DNA of 64,000 nt from Chloroflexota bacterium. GTDB taxonomy: Bacteria; Chloroflexota; Dehalococcoidia; JABGRK01. The position numbers and the translations under genes were made by a program. Numbering within the stretch: position 1 is the stretch's first letter; the number at the start of each line of letters is the position of its first letter. Below are positions 1 to 7,199 of this stretch, piece after piece. Where the stretch lies: positions 9,338 to 73,337 of the forward strand of contig JABGRK010000016.1 of NCBI GenBank assembly GCA_018648325.1, written 5' to 3'. The notes beneath the pieces are model-generated. The model was given only the letters and a program-made list of their open reading frames with translations, ran no database searches and was not told the DNA's origin.

Positions 1-112
1 CATTGACTGGGTATTTCATATAAGCGGGATTGTTGGATTTATCGGCGTTGCAGTGTTTTATCTGATGGTTCGCTCAGATAAAAGCGATGACAGGCAACAC
101 GCCTTTGCTTAA
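1..112 (+). CDS. 3' end of a membrane-protein gene (partial, start outside window)
   Basis: Open frame from the window edge (codons from nt 2) reads IDWVFHISGIVGFIGVAVFYLMVRSDKSDDRQHAFA, then TAA at 110..112. It contains a hydrophobic TM-like stretch. Confidence 0.3.
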   Translation, partial: IDWVFHISGIVGFIGVAVFYLMVRSDKSDDRQHAFA

Positions 113-207
113 TAAGGAAAGCGTGTTTTGGCACGACTCCTGCTTGACCATACAATCCACACTGCGTTAAACTTTCACTCACAGTTCATAGATAAGCAGG
201 ACGTGTA

Positions 208-1272
208 TTGCAAAAGCGCAGGTATTTCATTCGCAACATGAATGCGGGCACCTTTCTGGAGATATTTATGGTCTCCGCAGTGGCCTCCATACTTGCCATT
301 CGCGCCTATCTGGTAATTGCAGATTACCCTCAACTTGGAAACAGTGATCTGCACATCGCGCATATGTTATGGGGCGGCGTATTCATGCTGGTGGGCATCA
401 TTTCGCTATCCATGTTCCTGGGCAAATCGGCGCAGTATGTCGGAGTCATATGCGGCGGTATTGGATTCGGCACATTCATCGACGAGGTGGGCAAGTTCAT
501 AACCCAAGACAATGACTATTTCTATCAGCCGTCTGTTTCCATTATATACGTCACCTTCATGGTTATTTTCCTGGCTGCGCGCAATATTCAGACGCGGGCT
601 CGTTACTCACGCCTTGAGTACCTGATGAACGCCATACACGAGCTTGAGGAAGTGGCACAATCCGATCTGGACAAAGAGGAAAAGGAAAAGGTTGCGGGGT
701 ATCTGGCAGAGTGCGATCAAAATGACCCGCTTGTATCTGAGCTTAAAGGCGCTCTTTCAAAGATAGAGCTTGTGCCTGTGCCGGAGCAGGGATACTACGT
801 GCGTCTCAGGACTCGCCTTGCCACGTTTTATCGAAATATTGCCACAACTAACTGGTTTAAGTGGGTGATAATAGCCTTTTTTGGGGCTCAGGTGGCATTT
901 AATCTTTTCTATGTGTTTGTACTGGTGACCCTTAAGTTACTTAGCTGGGATGTCTTAAATGTGGGCATTATTGAAAGCTTGGCCGGTGAACTGGAAAAGA
1001 TAACGTTTTCAGATTATGCTTACCTTACATCATCGTTGTTTGCCGCAGGTCTTGCCCTGTGGGGGCTTACACTGTTTATCAAATCACGCCTGAGAGCGTT
1101 TCAAATGTTTGAGCGATCAGTTATGGTATCGCTCTTTTTAACACAGGTGTTCATTTTTTTTCAGGCGCAGTTCTGGGGCCTTGCAGGGCTAATAATCTAT
1201 CTGCTGGTATATGTGGCGCTACGGTATATAATAGCTAGAGAAAGACTTGCCGGAGTAGATAAGCAAGTCTGA
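208..1272 (+). CDS. polytopic integral membrane protein, function unknown
   Basis: 354-aa ORF with several hydrophobic helices at both ends and an acidic soluble middle. It has a TTG start; an alternative ATG lies at 238. It ends with TGA. Confidence 0.6.
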   Translation: MQKRRYFIRNMNAGTFLEIFMVSAVASILAIRAYLVIADYPQLGNSDLHIAHMLWGGVFMLVGIISLSMFLGKSAQYVGVICGGIGFGTFIDEVGKFITQDNDYFYQPSVSIIYVTFMVIFLAARNIQTRARYSRLEYLMNAIHELEEVAQSDLDKEEKEKVAGYLAECDQNDPLVSELKGALSKIELVPVPEQGYYVRLRTRLATFYRNIATTNWFKWVIIAFFGAQVAFNLFYVFVLVTLKLLSWDVLNVGIIESLAGELEKITFSDYAYLTSSLFAAGLALWGLTLFIKSRLRAFQMFERSVMVSLFLTQVFIFFQAQFWGLAGLIIYLLVYVALRYIIARERLAGVDKQV

Positions 1273-1297
1273 CAAGTATTACTATAAGGAATGATTG

Positions 1298-1969
1298 ATG
1301 AATAAAGTAGATGTTTTAAAGAAATCACGTATATATTCCGGTCTCGACGATGCGGACCTGATCCTGATGGCCAGTGTTGCCGTTGATCGCAGTGTTAAAC
1401 AGGGAGAGTATGTTTTCTGGGAGGGTGATGCCTCCGACTGGTTCTTCGTAGTTGTAACCGGGCGGGTAAAGGTGGTTAAGCACTCCACATCCGGTAAGGA
1501 GCTCATTGTTGCCTTTTTTGATGCTGGCGAGGTGTTTGGCGAGGTGGCCGTGTTTGAAAACAAGCCTTATCCCGCCTCGGCGCAGGCTGTTGAAGATGTT
1601 GTTTTGCTGGGTTTTTCCCGTGATGATTTCATACGTTTTTTGTCCGAGCGTCCGCAGATTGCCCTCAAGGTGATAAATATACTGGGTGAGCGTCTCAGGG
1701 TAGCACAGGGGCGCATCAGTGACCTTGCCGGAGAACGTGTGGAGCAACGTCTGGCGCGCATACTGCTGATGCTCTCATCAAAACTGGGCAATACCCTTCC
1801 GTTTACCCGTGAGGAAATCGCCGATATGGCCGGTATGACCACCGAGACCGTTATCAGGCAGATGAGTAATCTAAAGGACAGAAAGATCGTTACTTCCACA
1901 CGCGGTGAGACGATAATTATTGATGAACTCAAACTGAAGCTGTTGGCTGAAGGGCCTCCCTCTGCTTAA
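1298..1969 (+). CDS. Crp/Fnr family transcriptional regulator
   Basis: N-terminal cNMP-binding-like beta-roll (GEYVFWEGD..FFVVVTGRVKV..GEVFGE). C-terminal HTH (TREEIADMAGMTTETVIRQMSNL). AAGGA lies 6 nt before the ATG at 1298; the ORF track starts at TTG 1295. Confidence 0.85.
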   Translation: MNKVDVLKKSRIYSGLDDADLILMASVAVDRSVKQGEYVFWEGDASDWFFVVVTGRVKVVKHSTSGKELIVAFFDAGEVFGEVAVFENKPYPASAQAVEDVVLLGFSRDDFIRFLSERPQIALKVINILGERLRVAQGRISDLAGERVEQRLARILLMLSSKLGNTLPFTREEIADMAGMTTETVIRQMSNLKDRKIVTSTRGETIIIDELKLKLLAEGPPSA

Positions 1970-1986
1970 GATATCCAACCGCATTT

Positions 1987-2000
1987 ATGATTTAAATCAT
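1987..2000. promoter_or_regulatory. FNR/CRP-type palindromic box ATGATTTAAATCAT
   Basis: Perfect 14-bp palindrome matching 8 of 10 specified positions of TTGAT-N4-ATCAA. A TATATT -10-like hexamer sits at 2023..2028, which puts the box centre near -41.5 of the inferred start site. Confidence 0.45.
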
Positions 2001-2066
2001 GGTTTACTATCTACAGGCGCTGTATATTACTTATGAAAGCAAGAAATCGGGGAGGAGGTAAGTAAA

Positions 2067-2330
2067 ATGCAGTGTCCGGGACAAGATACAAGATGGCTTA
2101 GAGTAGAACTGCATATGTGCCCCGAATGTGGTTACAAGGAGGAGATATTCTCCAATGAAACCAAGGTAAAGTGTTCCCAGTGTGGTAGCTGGATATACAA
2201 GGACAAGTTGCCTTCCTGCATAGACTGGTGTGCTTCAGCCCGCCAATGTCTGGGCGAGGAGCGCTGGCAGAAACTCATGGGTGATGTAAAATTGGATGAA
2301 AAAAAAGTAGAAAATACTAAGGAGGCTTAA
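2067..2330 (+). CDS. small Cys-rich zinc-ribbon protein
   Basis: 87 aa preceded by a strong GGAGGAGG RBS. Carries CPECG..(15)..CSQCG plus further Cys residues (CIDWC, C). Only 1 nt separates it from the next gene. Confidence 0.6.
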   Translation: MQCPGQDTRWLRVELHMCPECGYKEEIFSNETKVKCSQCGSWIYKDKLPSCIDWCASARQCLGEERWQKLMGDVKLDEKKVENTKEA

Positions 2331-2331
2331 T

Positions 2332-3183
2332 ATGAGTACGAAAGTAAAAAGACAAATAATCAAGATAGATGAGGAAAAATGCACCGGTTGCGGCGTCTGT
2401 GTTCCCGGTTGTGCCGAGGGCGCACTACAGATAATCGATGGTAAAGCAAAACTGGTATCAGAGATATACTGCGATGGGCTTGGTGCCTGCCTGGGTGATT
2501 GTCCTGAAGACGCCCTGTCTATTGAGGATCGCGAAGCAGATGAGTTTGACGAGGAGGCGGTTGAGCATCATTTGCATCAGCAACAGCATCCACATGATGA
2601 ACATCAGCACGACAGTCTGGCCTGCGGTTGCCCGTCCAGTTCGGTACAGGAGTTCGCCAAGCAGGAAGAAACACTGGCCTGTGGTTGCCCGTCCAGCTCA
2701 GTGCAGCAGTTCGAACAGCCTCAGGAGACGTTGGCCTGTGGATGCCCTTCAACCACGATAACCGAGTTCGATAAATGTGGTTTGAGTGGTGCAGTAGAAC
2801 CTGCTGCGCGTGCCAAGTCAGAACTTGCACACTGGCCGGTACAGCTTACGCTGGTTCCTCCGACCGCACCGTTCTTGCAGGGTTCTGATTTGTTGCTGGC
2901 TGCACATTGTGTAGCGTTCAGCTATTCTAATTTCCATCAGGACTTGCTAAAAGGTCACACTCTTTTGATCGCATGTCCCAAGCTTGATGATTTCGATGCG
3001 CATCTTGCCAAACTGATCAGTGTTATAAAAGCTTCGAATCTTAAGAGCCTGACGGTGGCCCGTATGGAAGTGCCGTGCTGCTCCGGTCTGGTTCATATGG
3101 CTCAAGAGGCGATACGTTTATCAGGTAAAGATGTTGCCTTCAAAGAGGTTGTTGTCGGGGTCAGAGGCGAGATCGAAAGTTAG
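2332..3183 (+). CDS. 4Fe-4S dicluster-domain protein with His-rich tract, CGCP repeats and a Cys-containing C-terminal domain
   Basis: CTGCGVCVPGC and CDGLGACLGDCP ferredoxin motifs, then HHLHQQQHPHDEHQHD, then 3 x LACGCPSS. The C-terminal domain reads HWPVQL..AAHCVAF..IACPKLDD..MEVPCCSGL. Preceded by an AAGGAGG RBS. Confidence 0.8.
   Translation: MSTKVKRQIIKIDEEKCTGCGVCVPGCAEGALQIIDGKAKLVSEIYCDGLGACLGDCPEDALSIEDREADEFDEEAVEHHLHQQQHPHDEHQHDSLACGCPSSSVQEFAKQEETLACGCPSSSVQQFEQPQETLACGCPSTTITEFDKCGLSGAVEPAARAKSELAHWPVQLTLVPPTAPFLQGSDLLLAAHCVAFSYSNFHQDLLKGHTLLIACPKLDDFDAHLAKLISVIKASNLKSLTVARMEVPCCSGLVHMAQEAIRLSGKDVAFKEVVVGVRGEIES
2617..2775 (+). repeat. in-frame tandem repeat, 57-bp unit, about 2.8 copies
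   Basis: Units at 2617..2673 and 2674..2730, plus a partial unit at 2731..2775. Each begins (c/t)tggcctg(c/t)gg(t/a)tgccc and encodes LACGCPSSSVQEFAKQEET-like 19-mers. Confidence 0.8.
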
Positions 3184-4619
3184 GCTTTTTTAGTTTTGAC
3201 GTTACCGGCCAGAAAACTGATGATGATGCCGGCAATGCAAACAAAAGCTACTATTAATGTTACATAATGGAAGCTGTCTATTACGGCAGCTTCCTTTGTT
3301 ATTCCTTGAGAAATGAAGAGGTTTTTCTTGAGGGCATAGATACTGCTGCTAATGGCCAGTCCCATGGTTAGCCCCAGCCCCCGCGATGTGGAGAGCATGG
3401 CTGATGCCGTACCGCGTTTGGTCGTCGGCACAGACCCCATTATCAGGCTGTTGTTAGGTGATTCAAATAATCCTATGCTCACCCCTAAAATGGTCAGTAT
3501 CAGTATTATTGTACCAATATGTGAAGTCTCATTAAGAGTGCTCATTAGCAGTAGGGAAACACCAAGTACTGTAAATCCGATTGTAGTTAGACCGCGGGTA
3601 CCTATTGTATCCGATAGCAGCCCGGTAAAAGGCGATATTACAAGCATGGCAATGGGGATGGTAATCTGGAGCATCCCCGATTTGAAGACTGAATAGCCCA
3701 ATCCTTCTTGGAAGAAGAAAGACAAAAGAAATATCCCCGCTATCCTGGTAAGAAAGCTGATAAACAGGCTCAGATTGGCCATACTAAAAGGTCGTGAGCG
3801 GAAAAGAGAAAGGTCCAGCAGGGGCTGTCTCACCTTTCGCTCAATAACGATAAACAGTGGTATTAATACTGCCGCGGTTATCAGGCAGCCAAGTACAAAC
3901 AAAGAAGTCCAGCCACGACCTCCCGATTGATTTAGTCCCAGCAGTAGTGCAAACATTCCCACAAAAAGGGCGACAGCTCCCCACTTATCAAAGCCGTGAT
4001 GCGCCTCTTGGGCTTTTTGTTCTGCAAGCAACCTGAATGCCACTGCTGTGACCAGAAGTACAATAGGTAATCGCATATAGAAAATCGACTGCCATCCAAA
4101 CGTGTCCACCAGGAAACCACCAAGCGCCGGGCCAATGGCTAGCCCTGCTCCTACCGATCCCACGTAGAATCCCATGGCTTTGCCGCGCTCTTTATCTGGA
4201 AAAACGTTGGTGATGATAGCCGGTCCCACAGCTATCATCATACCGGCGCCAACAGCCTGCACTACCCGAAACGAAATGAGCATAGGCATGCTTGTGGCAA
4301 GCGAGTTCAGCCCCAGCCCCAGTGCCGTGATGATCATGCCGATCATGTATACCCGCTTGCGGCCTATCCTGTCACCTATTTTACCGAAGGTGAGGGTCAG
4401 TCCAGCCACTGTGAGCATATAGGCAAGGTATACCCACACAGAGATCGTCTCGTTAACCGAAAACTGTTCAGTCAACTTTGGGATGGCAACATTTACAATG
4501 CTGTTGTCCATGGTGCTGGTAAATGTGCCTATGCAGATAACGGCGAGTGCCCACCATTTGTAGGAACTTATGCCTGCCTTATTTATTAAAGGGGATAGGT
4601 CACCGCCGCTTTTGGCCAT
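3180..4619 (-). CDS. MFS transporter, DHA2/EmrB-like (about 14 TM segments)
   Basis: 479 aa, hydrophobic throughout. MFS motif A-like GKIGDRIGRKRV after TM2. Its stop overlaps the convergent Fe-S gene by 4 nt. Confidence 0.85.
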   Translation of the reverse strand: MAKSGGDLSPLINKAGISSYKWWALAVICIGTFTSTMDNSIVNVAIPKLTEQFSVNETISVWVYLAYMLTVAGLTLTFGKIGDRIGRKRVYMIGMIITALGLGLNSLATSMPMLISFRVVQAVGAGMMIAVGPAIITNVFPDKERGKAMGFYVGSVGAGLAIGPALGGFLVDTFGWQSIFYMRLPIVLLVTAVAFRLLAEQKAQEAHHGFDKWGAVALFVGMFALLLGLNQSGGRGWTSLFVLGCLITAAVLIPLFIVIERKVRQPLLDLSLFRSRPFSMANLSLFISFLTRIAGIFLLSFFFQEGLGYSVFKSGMLQITIPIAMLVISPFTGLLSDTIGTRGLTTIGFTVLGVSLLLMSTLNETSHIGTIILILTILGVSIGLFESPNNSLIMGSVPTTKRGTASAMLSTSRGLGLTMGLAISSSIYALKKNLFISQGITKEAAVIDSFHYVTLIVAFVCIAGIIISFLAGNVKTKKA

Positions 4620-5287
4620 TATTCTGGTTTCTTCTCTTCTGCTTCTTTTTCTTTTGCTTTTATTTCGTCCTGCTGGGCTTTAGTTATATAATCGCGCTGC
4701 CAGCGGTGAATCTCGTCCAAAGCCGGTGGCGAAACGCTGAATACCTCTACATCCTTGGGGAACTGCACCCTGTGGCCCTCTCGCATGAAAATTGCGCCGA
4801 CCTCATCAGCCTTGAGTGTTTCGTCTACTACCTGGGCAATTTTTTCGTAGCGTTTTGTGGCAACCTCCATGTAGAACTCAGATACGGTTTTGCCCACCTT
4901 CTGGCTGATAAAACCGGCCATAAGGCACCTTTCCCAGTCCATGGACTCCTCAACCATGTCCTTATCCTCGGTTATCTCGAGTGCGGCACCGCCGTCGCAT
5001 TTCTGTTTTACGATCTTGTGGCAGGCCGGGTTCAGCTTTTCGATTATAGCCAGCCCTTCTTCACCGGCCATGGCAATCGACTCGTGATAGACGTGGTTTA
5101 TACTACCTATCTTGGTTTCCAGATTAGATATTTGACTGGCTACCTGATCCCAGAATTTAGTAAACATTTTCAGGTATTCATCAGGAGCGCTCTCGCCGTA
5201 GTATATTAATGGAACCAGCAGCAGTTTTCTTTTACCCGATACACTGCCAGCCTCTAGTTTTTCTATTTTACCCAGTTTTTCTGCCAT
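4619..5287 (-). CDS. conserved-looking soluble protein of unknown function
   Basis: 222 aa with an AAGGAG RBS before the ATG and a Lys/Glu-rich tail. Its stop overlaps the MFS start by 1 nt at 4619. The antisense 220-aa ORF has non-protein-like composition. Confidence 0.6.
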   Translation of the reverse strand: MAEKLGKIEKLEAGSVSGKRKLLLVPLIYYGESAPDEYLKMFTKFWDQVASQISNLETKIGSINHVYHESIAMAGEEGLAIIEKLNPACHKIVKQKCDGGAALEITEDKDMVEESMDWERCLMAGFISQKVGKTVSEFYMEVATKRYEKIAQVVDETLKADEVGAIFMREGHRVQFPKDVEVFSVSPPALDEIHRWQRDYITKAQQDEIKAKEKEAEEKKPE

Positions 5288-5498
5288 TTATTTCTCCTTT
5301 TTCAAGCGTGGTATTGCTTTGGTGCTAATACACAGGCTATTTGATATTAATTCGTAGTTGTTAGTATACCATAATTGAGTGTAACGAAGTGTCAGGCGAA
5401 TTTGAGTGGAGATAAAACCAGCTTGCCTCTCATCAAAGAAGAGCGAAATGATGCATGGTTGAGTTATTTTGGTTGACGCGTTTGCTAAAAGCGCAGAT

Positions 5499-5684
5499 CT
5501 AGATTGTCTTGGGTTTTAGTGCTTTTACGATGGCCGATAGCAGGATGCAGCTGGCCGCAACTGCGGCTATTATATAAACTATGGTCATGCTGTAGTCTAC
5601 CCATATCCCTATTAACAGGCCAACGGCCCAGATGAGAGCGGCTCAGGCTACAGCCCCGAATATGCCTTTGACTATTTCCTTCAT
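5499..5684 (-). pseudogene. small membrane-protein ORF interrupted by an in-frame TGA
   Basis: AGGAGG lies 6 nt before the ATG at 5684. The frame reads MKEIVKGIFGAVA-[TGA 5643..5645]-AALIWAVGLLIGIWVDYSMTIVYIIAAVAASCILLSAIVKALKPKTI, then TAG at 5499..5501. Confidence 0.35.
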
Positions 5685-5784
5685 GTTAAACCTCCTCTTT
5701 CTGCGCAAGGACGTAAAATCGTCTATTTGGCCATACTATCGCGACAATACTTGGTTGTCAAATGCTTGTTTTTTGATCCGGCTG

Positions 5785-5824
5785 ATGTCATTTGATGACA
5801 TTTGGCAGGCTTGTGCTTTATAAT
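5785..5824 (+). promoter_or_regulatory. candidate promoter with operator palindrome upstream of ccdA
   Basis: ATGTCAT-TTG-ATGACAT perfect palindrome at 5785..5801 overlaps a -35-like ATGACA (5795..5800). After an 18-nt spacer comes TATAAT at 5819..5824. Confidence 0.4.
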
Positions 5825-5853
5825 AAAAGTGTAATGAGTTGCAAAGGAAGTAA

Positions 5854-6588
5854 ATGATAGAGTCATTTGTGGAAAATTTGGGAGGGCTGTTACCCTTCGG
5901 TTTTTCCTTTACTGCCGGAATGGTAACCACCGTAACCCCGTGTGCCGTAGCCATGCTGCCGGCCTATATAGCGCTGTACCTGGGATCACAGGAAAAGGGG
6001 TATTGGGCTGAGTCGGTATATAAACGCATTGCCCGGGCACTGATCTTGAGTATAGTGGTGACACTGGCCTTTGTGCTGTTATTTGGAGCTGCCGGCGCGG
6101 TGCTTACAGCAGGTGGGGACAGCCTGAACTCTATTATACCCTGGGTGGCCGTTGTTATCGGGGTCATTCTTGTACTCATGGGCATTTTCTTTCTTTTTGG
6201 CGGGCATCTTTATATCAATTTTACCGCCCGGCTGGCCAACCGCATCGGTGCCGGTAAAGCCGTGGGCGTTAAGGGCTTCTTTATTTTTGGTATTGCCTAT
6301 GCGCTGGCCGCACTCAGCTGTAATTTGCCCGTTTTTTTGGTCGTAGTAGTTACTTCCATAACAGAAAAGGGATATGCTTCGGGTTTGCTTCAGTTTGTTT
6401 ATTATGCGTTGGGCATGGGTTTTATCATGATGCTCATTACACTTGCCTCGGCACTCTTTAAAGAGACTGCCAACCGCTGGTTACGACGTGTGGTTCCGGT
6501 AGTGGCCCGGCTAAACGGTCTGCTTCTTATATTGGCAGGAGTTTACATAATATATTATTGGTTTGTCAAGGGTGATATTCTGGGCTAA
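5854..6588 (+). CDS. ccdA: cytochrome c biogenesis / thiol:disulfide electron-transfer membrane protein CcdA (DsbD-core family)
   Basis: 244 aa with about 6 TM segments. The two hallmark membrane Cys are present (TPCAVAMLPAY and ALSCNLPVF). Confidence 0.85.
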   Translation: MIESFVENLGGLLPFGFSFTAGMVTTVTPCAVAMLPAYIALYLGSQEKGYWAESVYKRIARALILSIVVTLAFVLLFGAAGAVLTAGGDSLNSIIPWVAVVIGVILVLMGIFFLFGGHLYINFTARLANRIGAGKAVGVKGFFIFGIAYALAALSCNLPVFLVVVVTSITEKGYASGLLQFVYYALGMGFIMMLITLASALFKETANRWLRRVVPVVARLNGLLLILAGVYIIYYWFVKGDILG

Positions 6589-6624
6589 CCATTTGTATTT
6601 AGTAACGATCAGTAGGAGGATGGA

Positions 6625-7173
6625 ATGAAGAGAAATCTGCTTTTACATAAAGGTATATACATTGGGCTGGTCATCATATTAATGATTGGTTTAACGTTCG
6701 GAGCCGGTTGCTCCTCCGGGCAGGACGAAATCGTTGTTAGCGGCGAGATTGGGATTGAAGTTGGCGATACGGCGCCGGACTTCACTTTAGCTGATCTGGA
6801 TGGTAATGCGGTGACCTTGAGTGCTTTTAGAGGCAAGGCCGTATTTATTACTTTCTGGAAAAGTACTTGACCCGCATGCCGCTCTGAGATGCAGAGCATT
6901 GAAGCGATATACCAGAAATACAAAGATCAGGATGTAGTTGTATTAGGAATTGATTTGTTTGAGCGTGCGGATACCGTACGCAATTTTGTTAGAGTGCATA
7001 ACGATTATAACTGGACTTTCTTACTAGATAGCACGGGCCATGTATCATATGTGTATCAAGTCAGTATTCCCAAGAGCTTTTTTATAGACTCAACCGGTGT
7101 AATCAGAGCGATTCATGGTGTCACGGCTATGTCTTTTAGTACAATGGAAACATTACTGGCTAAAGCGAGGTAG
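6625..7173 (+). CDS. TlpA/ResA-like thioredoxin-fold lipoprotein with in-frame TGA at the CxxC position (candidate selenoprotein, UPAC motif)
   Basis: ORFs 6625..6870 and 6889..7173 share one frame. Read-through gives GDTAPDFTLADLDGNAVTLSAFRGKAVFITFWKST-U-PACRSEMQ..VVVLGID..FLLDSTG..SFFIDSTGVIR. AGGAGG RBS, signal peptide and a Cys lipobox-like FGAGC are present. Confidence 0.7.
6881..6897 (+). promoter_or_regulatory. candidate SECIS-like hairpin
   Basis: GCUCUG-AGAUG-CAGAGC: 6-bp stem and 5-nt loop containing G and U. It begins 11 nt after the UGA at 6868..6870. Confidence 0.4.
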
Positions 7174-7199
7174 AAAAACAGTCGCTGGTTATAGTATCC

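Noticed and set aside
4547-5209. 220-aa plus-strand ORF.
   Set aside because: It is antisense to the 222-aa minus-strand gene, which has a proper RBS and normal composition. The plus-strand translation is Phe/Leu/Cys-rich nonsense.
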